From contig JAQGDQ010002173.1 of NCBI GenBank assembly GCA_030141605.1, positions 1 through 11,658 of the forward strand: a DNA stretch of 11,658 bases, read 5' to 3'. Source of the stretch: Tubiluchus corallicola. Lineage: Eukaryota > Animalia > Priapulida. Below are positions 1-9,402 of this stretch, piece after piece; positions within the stretch are counted from its first letter, which is position 1; each line of letters opens with the position of its first letter. The notes below the pieces were generated by a model. It had not been told where the DNA came from and ran no database searches. It saw only the letters and a list, made by a program, of their open reading frames with translations. Made by a program: the position numbers and the translations under genes.

Positions 1-212
1 AATATTTACAGTGTATTTATCCAGTTCTTATGGCTTTTAGTCGTCCAATCATGCTGATTGGTTTTGTGTGGAGGCGATTTGCCCGGGTGCTGGGGGTAGT
101 AGGGTGAGTCTTGGCAAGGTAAAACACGCTTGTACAAGGGGGAATTGTTTGGTTGTTCCTAAATGCGGTGAAAATGTTTAACATTTTTCTAAAGAGGTAT
201 AACAAATTCAAC

Positions 213-372
213 AGAGAGAGAGAGAGAGAGAGAGAGGGAAAGAGACAAAAAGGAGAGAGAAAGAGAGGGATAGAGAGAGCGTGAGGAGAAAGTGTGAGAG
301 AAAGAGAGAGAAAGAGAGAGGGCGAGGAGAAAGTGAGAGAGAAAGAAAGAGATAGAGAGAGGGCGAGGAGAA

Positions 373-469
<97 letters not shown>

Positions 470-511
470 AGAGAGAGGAAAGGAGAGAGAAAGAAAGAGA
501 AGAGAGAGGGA

Positions 512-557
<46 letters not shown>
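213..557. repeat. (GA)n/(TC)n microsatellite, partly degenerate
   Basis: About 345 bp of near-pure purine GA repeats, with perfect runs at about 377-465 and 519-557. It explains the RE-rich and SL-rich ORFs at 374-598 and 208-582. Confidence 0.98.
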
Positions 558-560
<3 letters not shown>

Positions 561-654
561 GAGGAAGCACTAGGGAAAACAAAATCTACAACGCATAATA
601 AACCTTTTCGCAGTTCCAGCGATTGATGATGATCGTGAAATGGTCAAAGGTTAA

Positions 655-714
655 ATGTACCTGACAACACATCTGTGTACACTTGACAACTCACTTGTGT
701 ACACTTGACAACTC
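655..714. repeat. Short 22-bp-period tandem repeat (2 good copies plus 1 degenerate)
   Basis: TGTGTACACTTGACAACTC is identical at 674-692 and 696-714. A degenerate copy (TGTACCTGACAACAC) lies just upstream. Confidence 0.85.
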
Positions 715-1583
715 CTCGCAGCCCATGCTATTGTAATAGTAACAGTTTTAACAGCTAGCTAGAACCTTACCTAGTTCATTTTTGCTTGTTCTGAAGCAAG
801 ATCCTGCTAGTAAATCACTCTAGACACAGACTAATGCATAATTAAATTCACGTTAAACATCTGAAGTCACTGTACTGATGTGACAGATGGCCTTGCATTA
901 TTCAAACGTCACGTGACGCTTCTAGTTAAGACGCGTTGCTATGATTTACTGAACCTTTGACATATAGCAACAACGGAACTGTGAAAATGCTTATCGAGGA
1001 TGGATTCCAAAACTCTCAAGAGATTTACTCTCACTCGACCCCCCCTCCTCCTCCTCCTCCTCGTGATACGTGCAATAACGCAAGTTACGCAGCAACTCGG
1101 CAAAATTACTTTACAGCACTTTTAGAGTCGCATAGCAATAAAAGACTGTCGAATGATGAACGCAATATTGATCTAATTTTAACATGGCCTTGCAACAGTT
1201 CAGTTTCACGTTGTGACGTTCCCCTTTTCGCGAGTCTGAATTGGACAGCTAATAAACGATACACCCGCATTATTGCACCAGCTTGTAAAGCGGATTGAAT
1301 TCAATATCCACATGACGGATGAGTTATCCGTCGCGTTCTGTACGGTATCTATAATCGTCATCAAATGTTTGTGTAATTGTCACGTTTTGAAACGAGCAAA
1401 TGCGAGGCATTGATTAAACTAGCAGTGAAATATGTCACGTCACGAGCAGTATGACAGTCCCACGTTCATCGTTTACAGTTACTTGGTTAGTTTAAACATA
1501 ATTTATTATAGGATTGGATTAGACAGTTTGAACAACATGATTTAGGATACTCATCACAACAGACTTTATACACTATTTGCAAA

Positions 1584-2175
1584 AACATTTACAGTAAGAA
1601 TAGACTGTAACTACACAAGCTGACAAGTTTTACTACAAGATTACATTAGATATTAGTAACATTTACAGTAAGAATAGACTATAACTACACAAGCTGACAA
1701 GTTTTACCACAAGATTACATTAGACATTAGTAACATTTACTGTAAGAATAGACTATAACTACACAAGCTGACAAGTTTTACCACAAGATTACATTAGACA
1801 TTAGTAACATTTACAGTAAGAATAGACTATAACTACACAAGCTGACAAGTTTTACTACAAGATTACATTAGACATTAGTAACATTTACAGTAAGAATAGA
1901 CTATAACTACACAAGCTGACAAGTTTTACCACAAGATTACATTAGACATTAGTAACATTTACAGTAAGAATAGACTATAACTACACAAGCTGACAAGTTT
2001 TACCACAAGATTACATTAGACATTAGTAACATTTACTGTAAGAATAGACTATAACTACACAAGCTGACAAGTTTTACCACAAGATTACATTAGATATTAG
2101 TAACATTTACAGTAAGAATAGACTATAACTACACAAGCTGACAAGTTTTACCACAAGATTACATTAGACATTAGT
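1584..2175. repeat. Tandem array, 8 x 74 bp, inside the LINE 3'UTR
   Basis: Unit AACATTTACAGTAAGAATAGACTATAACTACACAAGCTGACAAGTTTTACCACAAGATTACATTAGACATTAGT starts at 1584, 1658, 1732, 1806, 1880, 1954, 2028 and 2102. Each unit has 0-3 substitutions and no indels. Confidence 0.98.
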
Positions 2176-2244
2176 AGAAAATGACGGTTAGTAAATATTA
2201 ATGTATGATTATTTAGGACTGATGCATTTTATATCAGATAGAAA

Positions 2245-2535
2245 CTACTGGAAGCGTTTAGTACGTAATATAAAGTCATGTATACATTGGAATATTTTAC
2301 AGTTAGCAACATAGTTAAATTCATCTTTTCTGAATAATAACAACTTCAAAAGATCATTAGTTCCTAAGGCAGCTATATTAAGGTTTTCGTACAGCAGCAT
2401 TGCATTTAATTTATCAAACATAACAACCCCAGCTAGTTGATACAATGGGCAGTGCAACAAAAAGTGTTCAACAGACTCAAATCGAAATCCACAGTTGCAA
2501 TTCGGCAATACTGGATGACCGTTATTATGAGAAAA
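2245..2535 (-). pseudogene. C-terminal fragment of LINE ORF2 (region after the reverse transcriptase domain, CxC..H..C motif)
   Basis: The frame is open from the truncation point: FSHNNGHPVLPNCNCGFRFESVEHFLLHCPLYQL...TKRFQ, with the stop at 2245-2247. There is no true start and no RT core. Confidence 0.85.
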
Positions 2536-2611
2536 TGGTTACTTGGTTAAACGGAGTATCATTTAGACCCATGTATTGAAATCTTTATGTTTTTCAAGGC
2601 ACATGTTACCT

Positions 2612-2987
2612 CCTATTTTCACTCAATATTCTCGATAATATTCAATATGTCTTTTTTCTTTAGTTCTTTCTCTATACTTGCACGTGAGGGTACTGTGAAA
2701 CAGCAGCACCCCCTATTTTCACTCAATATTATCGATAATATCCAATATAAGTCTTTTTTCTTTAGTTCTTTCTTTATACTTGCACGTGAGGATACTGTGG
2801 AAATGTAACACCCCCTATTTTCACTCAATATTCTCGATAATATTCAATATGTCTTTTTTCTTTAGTTCTTTCTTTATACATGCACGTGAGGGTACTGTGG
2901 AACTGTAACACCCCCTATTTTCACTCAATATTATCGATAATATTCAATATAATGAGTCTTTTTTCTTTAGTTCTTTCTTTATACTTG
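2612..2987. repeat. Tandem array, ~3.7 x 100-102 bp
   Basis: CCTATTTTCACTCAATATT... starts at 2612, 2712, 2814 and 2914. Each unit has a near-palindrome AATATT(A/C)TCGATAATAT, and units 1-3 contain GCACGTGAG. Confidence 0.95.
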
Positions 2988-3336
2988 TACGGAACCAAAG
3001 CACATGAAGGTAGTACTGTTTGCATCACAGTCCAGCAACGTGGTGTTTGGATGTTGTGCGCATGCGGCCATCGCACATGTCTAAGATAACACGCTGTAGG
3101 GTGCACTGCTAGCGTCTGCTGCTAGGTAGGGAAAGTACTATCGCTCACACAGCTTGCTGTCAGTTGTCACGTGCTTAAAATTCTTGAACTGTGACAATTT
3201 AGGCTATTAGTAAGCAAACAAAATTTTTTATTTAGGATTTTATGAAGTTGATGTATAAATTTTCGTACGTTTGTTTGTCTAAAATTACAATTACAACATT
3301 AAAATTACATTTGTTTCGTAGTTTGCTAACCTTCAG

Positions 3337-3366
3337 AAACAGCACCCCCGCTTAGACACGCCACTG
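3337..3366. mobile_element. Probable single end of a CAGTGGCG-type non-autonomous DNA transposon
   Basis: ...CAGCACCCCCGCTTAGACACGCCACTG resembles the right end of common invertebrate CAGTGGCG..CGCCACTG MITEs. I found no partner terminal inverted repeat (TIR) or TSD. Confidence 0.45.
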
Positions 3367-3546
3367 AATACATGTTTAATTTTATCGACCATTTACATTT
3401 TCATTCCTGTGAGTGGTTGTGTGGGTAGGGCACCCACAGCACTGCTTTGCCCGGGGGGTCTCAACCTTGGGGGGCGGGGCATACTTTGCATTACTGACTT
3501 TGAAGAAGGAGGTCAGGAAATCTGAAAATCCAATTTTAAAGTGGCT

Positions 3547-3650
3547 TCTCATTTGAGATAAAAGATCCCTGTTTGAGGCCCCTCATTTGAGACAAAGAGC
3601 CCTCATTTGAGGCGCCCTTCTTGTGACATAAGTGCCCCTCTTTGAACCCC
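3547..3650. repeat. Degenerate short tandem motif (CCTCATTTGAG-like), likely the interior of a decayed MITE
   Basis: (C)CTCATTTGAG occurs at about 3548, 3581 and 3601, with variants CCTGTTTGAG and CCTCTTTGAA. G-runs lie upstream. Confidence 0.5.
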
Positions 3651-3703
3651 TTTATTAGAAATATTGGACCCCCAGCTATGCAAATGTTGCTAAAATATAT
3701 CAC

Positions 3704-3810
3704 CAGCGCCGGCCTTAAGCATAGGCAAACTAGGCAACTGCCTAGGGCCTCACCCTCCAGGGCGGCTTCACGCCGAGGTAACTTTTTTTTGCTTTATGCG
3801 AACATACTGC

Positions 3811-3907
<97 letters not shown>

Positions 3908-3948
3908 GGGCCTCGCCTAGGGCCTGCAATTACCTAAGGCCGGCCCTG
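3704..3948. mobile_element. 245-bp MITE with 16-bp TIRs and a 7-bp TSD
   Basis: The left end CAGCGCCGGCCTTAAG matches the reverse complement of the right end CCTAAGGCCGGCCCTG at 14/16. ATATCAC flanks both sides (3697-3703 and 3949-3955). The subterminal motif GCCTAGGGCC occurs twice. Confidence 0.9.
3814..3907. repeat. (CT)n microsatellite inside the MITE
   Basis: About 94 bp of CT repeats with two interruptions. Confidence 0.97.
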
Positions 3949-4939
3949 ATATCACGAGTAGAAATATTCAAGGCGAGTGTAAGAAATTAGAGGTAGGGGA
4001 TGGTTCCTCTCGTAATTTCATCAGCCTGGGGGCCCCAAAAAGGTCATAAAAGGTCATGTAAAAGTCGCTTCGAAACTTTCTAAGATGTTGACACCCTTTG
4101 CAGTGAGGCTAAACAGCACAACTCGATACACACTATAACCCGGATTTGCAAGCAAAAAATAACGAATTAAGTACGCAGAGTATGCCTATAGATGATAAGT
4201 TCCCAGCTGTTACAGGATCATAAACATTCGCCTGCAGAATCCTAGGCATTTCTGCTGCATTATTACAGCCTTACTAGCAGCAAGAGTGGCTGTGAGCAGG
4301 GTAGTGTCATGGCTGTCGTCATGGTCGTAGTCAAAATTGTAACAGCTAAGACTCATGCGTAAAACGTTACCAGAAGTCCGCACATTGAAACTTGAGGTAG
4401 ACACTAAAGTCAAACGTTCATGACAAGCCTGTTCTTTGAAACAAGAGTTAGAAACTAAATCCAACATTATCTTGAAACATCATTCTTTGATAAAAAAATA
4501 CTATTTGCGGTGTGAGCTTGCCTGCTTTGCCTTTTCTCGAATTCTGACATTTTGTCCTTGTGCAAGAAAATACTCCAAAAATGGCACTAACCGGGTAAAT
4601 TACATAATTTTCGCTGCCGTGAATCCAAGCTAAGCCAAACTTCTGCCAAATGATCTTGTTACGCCTTTTGGTTCTACAATATTTCTGTTTAAGGCTGTAA
4701 GCACTTTAACAGAACCAAGAGCTGATGACGGTAATAAACTGGTTATTACAGGACGTATTACGACAGCAGTTTATTAGCTTTTCCATCAAAATTAAACCTT
4801 AGCAGTTTTGCTGCAAAATGTACACAATGTATACTTCTCTATAAACGTGTTTATCTGTGTGCAAGAGTAGGATAATGATGGGGAAGAAGGGAGAATTTTA
4901 AACCATGTTCCAAAGAACTTTCCATACAAACTTATATTA

Positions 4940-5375
4940 GTTTAAACATAATTTATTTAGGATTGGATCAGACAGTTTGTACAACATGATTTAGGATCCT
5001 CACCACAACAGACTTTATACACTATTTACAAGAACATTTACAGTAAGGATAGACTATAACCACACAAGCTGACAAGTTTTACTATAAGAATACATTAGAC
5101 ATTAGTAGAAAATGACGGTTAGAAAATATTAATGTACGAATATTTAAGACTGATGCATTTCATATCAGATAGAAACTACTGGAAGCGTTTAGTACGTTAT
5201 ATAAAGTCATGTATGCATTGGAATATTTTGCAGTTAGCAACATAGTTAAATTCATCTTTTCCGAATAATAACAACTTCAACAGCTCATTAGTTCCTAAAG
5301 CAGCTATATTAAGGTTTTCGGGCAGAAGTATTGCATTTAATTTAGCAAACATAACAACCCTAGCTAGTTGATATA
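4940..5375 (-). mobile_element. 5'-truncated CR1/L2-group LINE, copy 2 (same family as 1490-2537)
   Basis: Collinear with 1490-2442 but carries only one 74-bp unit (about 5033-5106). It encodes YQLARVVMFAKLNAILLPENLNIAALGTNELLKLLLFGKDEFNYVANCKIFQCIHDFI*RTKRFQ*, with a premature TAA. It is flanked by TTATATTA at 4932-4939 and 5376-5383. Confidence 0.9.
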
Positions 5376-6017
5376 TTATATTACAGTCATATAAAGTGGT
5401 ATAATCAGGGAAGAAAAGGAAATGTTAAATTATGACCCAAAAACCTTTCCATGCAGAACTCTATTACTTGACATTTCACTTACCTGCTGAAAAGACTTAT
5501 GTAACTAGAAACAATAATTTAAAATGTTTTCACCAATTGGTAAAATGTCACTGACTCACCCTCCAGAGTGCGCCACTCACTAGCTAAAAACGTATTTTTA
5601 ATCTTATTGGCAAGATACAGTAATTTAAAATTTTACTTAGTGACGTGTGTGCTACGAATGCTCTGACTATTTTTTCAAACTTTACTTAATGTTATCAAAA
5701 CTTGTTTCAAATGACCTACCATTAAAATGGTTGCGCCTAACGGTCATCGCGCGAGTTTAAATTTGCAAGTTTTATACAACGGTACTGCCGACACAAGCCC
5801 TGCATGGAAAAAGACAGTATGTAGGTGGTATCAAATTTCTTAAGCTTTGTGTAAGTGGAGGGTTTACTTGCGCTTCAAAACTTTTGTGCTTAAAAAAAAT
5901 TATATTTAAAATAAGATCCTAGTAAATTTTAAAGCCAGTCTTAACGTCGTAACACGATCTGCGTGTTAAGCCCACCACTGGGAAAATAGTGCAAAACATT
6001 CGAATGTAAAACAAATA

Positions 6018-6135
6018 CAGTATGTCCTCACTTAACGACTCCCCGTTTAGCGACGTTTCGTTTTAACGACGTCGAATGCTTGACACCCTTTTTTTCACTT
6101 AACGCCGCATCGTTTCATTTTAACGACGATTTTTT
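6018..6135. mobile_element. Truncated Tc1/mariner (pogo/Tigger-like) MITE, left end only
   Basis: It begins TA|CAGTATGTCCTCACTTAACGAC and has five TTAACGAC-like subterminal motifs. There is no right TIR in the window, and the right boundary is approximate. Confidence 0.6.
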
Positions 6136-6209
6136 TTGCTTTACACACGGCAAATTTTTAGTTTATCAGCAACTTTCTTACTTAATTTGATGCACTAAAA
6201 CGGTACATA

Positions 6210-6724
6210 CAGTCAAACCTCCGTTGTCGAACGTCTCCGTATTCGTACGAATCGGTTTTTGACCAGAAAATTCGAGCTGAAATTGTCTCCAGGATTTCGA
6301 CCAGAATTTCGGTACTCGACCAACCGCCAAACACGTGATGAACGCATGCGCGGCGAGCCGAGTAGAGCCGAGCGTAACCGACCGCGCCCGAGAGTAGTCA
6401 CGCACAAGATTTGAATCGTCTAACATCGCTAACTGTTTTCTACGCTTATTTTTCTCCACTTTTCATGCAGGAACAATTATGTTTTTCTTTCAAAGTACTT
6501 CTATTATGTTTTTCTTATCAATTATATCACATCTACTGTTTAAATAAACACTTTCGCATTATTATATTTCGCTTTAGTAATACTTTACAGTTCATTTGGT
6601 GCTTGAGAACTGATTATTTGCTTTTACATTATTTCTTATGGGAATAAATTATTCGGTTCTCAACCAAATCGGTTTTCAAACACTTTTTAGGAACGAATTA
6701 AGGTCGAAAACAGAGGTACTATTG
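6210..6724. mobile_element. 515-bp Tc1/mariner (pogo/Tigger-like) MITE with a TA TSD
   Basis: The left end TA|CAGTCAAACCTCCGTTGTCGAAC and the right end GGTCGAAAACAGAGGTACTATTG|TA form imperfect ~23-bp TIRs. Subterminal TCGGTT(T/C)T motifs recur near both ends. No transposase ORF is present. Confidence 0.8.
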
Positions 6725-7073
6725 TACTTAGTATTACATGTTTGAAAGACTTATACGGTCAACGTGGGAGTTTAAATTTGCAAGGCTGTGTACTGCTAAC
6801 TCAAGCCCTTCATGCAATAAGACAGTATGTAAGTGTATAACAGTTTCAGGACGATTTTTTAAGCTTTAGATTTGAACAGTGTTTCTGGTGCATGCGCAGA
6901 AACATCCTAGCAAATAATAACCCACATTATTAAACACAAAGCCAGACGAGGCTCTTTGGACAAATTATATGTCACCTAAGTTTCTGTGTGGCAAGATTAT
7001 TACTTTTTACTAAAAAAAGGTGAACTGCTTTGGTTACTGAATTATTTTGAGCGGTCTGGGTTTTTTGCTGCTT

Positions 7074-8628
7074 ACTTGTTGAAACTTTCCTCGCTGCTCG
7101 ATTGTCTAATTATTAAACTTTACTCATTGCTTCATTGTCAAACTGTAAAACTTTCTGAAATTGCTTCATTGTCAAACTGTTATACTTTCCTTGTTGCTTC
7201 ATTGTCAAACTGTCATACTTTCCTCGTTACTTCATTGTCAAACTTTTAAACTTTCTTCGTTGCTTCATTGTCAAACTGTTAAACTTTCTGAAATTGCTTC
7301 ATTGTCAAACTGTTAAACTTCCTCATTGCTTCATTGTCAAACTGTTATACTTTCCTCGCTGCTTCATTGTCAAACTGTTTAACTTATTCGTTGCTTCATT
7401 GTCAAACTTTTAACTTTCCTCGCTGCTTCATTGTCAAACTGTTAAACTCCCCTTGCTGCTTTATTGTTAAACTTTTAACTTTCCTCGTTGCTTCATTGTC
7501 AAACTGTTAAAGGTTCTTCATTGCTTCATTGTCAAACTGTTAAAGGTTCTTCATTGCTTCATTGTCAAACTGTTAAACTCCCCTTGCTGCTTTATTGTCA
7601 AACTTTTAACTTTCCTCGTTGCTTCATTGTCAAACTGTTAAAGGTTCTTCATTGCTTCATTGTCAAACTGTTAAAGGTTCTTCATTGCTTCATTGTCAAA
7701 CTGTTACACTTTCCTCGTTGCTTCATTGTCAAACTGTTACACTTTCCTCGTTGCTTCATTGTCAAACTTTTAACTTTCCTCGTTGCTTCATTGTCAAACT
7801 GTTACACTTTCCTCGTTGCTTCATTGTCAAACTTTTAACTTTCCTCGTTGCTTCATTGTCAAACTGTTAAACTCCTCTCGTTGCTTCATTGTCAAACTGT
7901 TAAACTCCCCTCGTTGCTTCATTGTCAAACTGTTAAACTCCCCTCGTTGCTTCATTGTCAAACTGTTAAACTCCCCTCGTTGCTTCATTGTCAAACTGTT
8001 AAACTCCTCTCGTTGCTTCATTGTCAAACTGTTAAACTCCCCTCGTTGCTTCATTGTCAAACGGTTAAACTCCCCTCGTTGCTTCATTGTCAAACTGTTA
8101 AACTCCTCTCGTTGCTTCATTGTCAAACTGTTAAAGTTTCTTCATTGCTTCATTGTCAAACTGTTACACTTTCCTCGTTGCTTCATTGTCAAACTTTTAA
8201 CTTTCCTCGTTGCTTCATTGTCAAACTGTTTAACTTCCTCGTTGCTTCATTGTCAAACTGTTAAACTCCTCTCGTTGCTTCATTGTCAAACTGTTAAACT
8301 CCCCTCGTTGCTTCATTGTCAAACTGTTAAACTCCCCTCGTTGCTTCATTGTCAAACTTTTAACTTTCCTCGTTGCTTCATTGTCAAACGGTTAAATTCC
8401 CCTCGCTGCTTCATTCTCAAACTGTTAGACTCCTCTCGTTGCTTCATTGTCAAACTGTTTAACTTCCTCGCTGCTTCATTGTCAAACTTTTAACTTTCCT
8501 CGTTGCTTCATTGTCAAACGGTTAAATTCCCCTCGCTGCTTCATTCTCAAACTGTTAAACTCCTCTCGTTGCTTCATTGTCAAACTTTTAACTTTCCTCG
8601 TTGTTTTATTGTCAAACTGTTAAACTTT
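7074..8628. repeat. Minisatellite with a 32/33-bp unit, roughly 47 copies
   Basis: A core TTGCTTCATTGTCAAAC is followed by variants such as TGTTAAACTCCCCTCG, TTTTAACTTTCCTCG, TGTTAAAGGTTCTTCA and TGTTACACTTTCCTCG. The edges are degenerate. Confidence 0.98.
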
Positions 8629-9188
8629 ACACTAAGTTGCTTTCAATCAATATTTGAGGCAAAACACTGTTGACATTTTTGCTGCAGCCAAAATAAACGA
8701 AAACCGAAGAAAAGAAAAGAAGCCGATCCCCTTGACAGAAAAAAAACGTCAAAAATGTGTAACTAAGTCACGTATTGATTTATTTGACAAGTCTTGTGCC
8801 ATGGCATTCACAAAGAATAACGTTTCTCCATCTGTTATCCCATTGTTAACATTTTTACTCACTACTAAGCTTGGCCCCCTGTCATCTGTGAACAATGGCA
8901 GATAAATTTTTGGGATCTTTAGGGATTTTTGGGTAGCAAAGGGCAGCCCATGAAATTACAAGACGCTTCTGACCCATCTGGACTTCAATCCAGTGGTCTT
9001 GTTGTTTTCATTTTCTTCTCTCCCCAAGGTGGTCTCATTCGATTAGTTAATGGTCATTCTTTGAAATCATCTCACAACACAAGTAAATATTCTGCCACCT
9101 CCTTAAGAAACTCCATGAAAATCCCGATATTAGAAGCCCACAGAGATTATCAAACTCTCCTGTTTCTCTCTTCCTGTTTCTCCTGTTT

Positions 9189-9402
<214 letters not shown>

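Larger units (their letters stand above)
1490..2537 (-). mobile_element. 5'-truncated non-LTR retrotransposon (CR1/L2-group LINE), copy 1: ORF2 C-terminus plus 3'UTR
   Basis: The minus strand encodes CNCG-x3-ESVEHFLLHCPLY...IF..I..FI..TKRF*, typical of the CR1/L2-group ORF2 end. It is flanked by the 12-bp direct repeat GTTACTTGGTTA (1478-1489 and 2538-2549). A homologous copy lies at 4940-5375. Confidence 0.88.

Noticed and set aside
208-598. RE-rich and SL-rich ORFs (also 3642-3990)
   Set aside because: These are translations of GA/CT microsatellites.
957-1298. 113-aa ORF with a poly-proline run
   Set aside because: The prolines come from a short (CCT)n tract. I recognise no domain and see no supporting splice structure.
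4210-4770. Semi-open frames on both strands (4210-4467 minus, 4436-4633 plus) suggesting decayed coding sequence
   Set aside because: There are multiple stops and no recognisable motif. A TBLASTX or HMM search would be needed, so no call is made.
3056-6899. NRF1-like GCATGCG motifs at about 3060, 6344 and 6889
   Set aside because: They are isolated short motifs, one lies inside a MITE, and there is no promoter evidence.
6986-8493. Repetitive ORFs (LLHCQTVK.., RCFIVKLL.., LTMKQRGEFNS..)
   Set aside because: These are artefacts of the 33-bp period. Several frames are open at once, and the 32-bp units cause frameshifts.
7074-8628. CRISPR-like appearance (constant 17-bp core plus a variable segment)
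   Set aside because: The variable parts are 15-16 bp, mutually homologous and recurrent rather than unique spacers. There are no cas genes, and the context is eukaryotic.
8654-8955. Overlapping short open frames on both strands
   Set aside because: They have no recognisable homology, and their lengths are compatible with chance.
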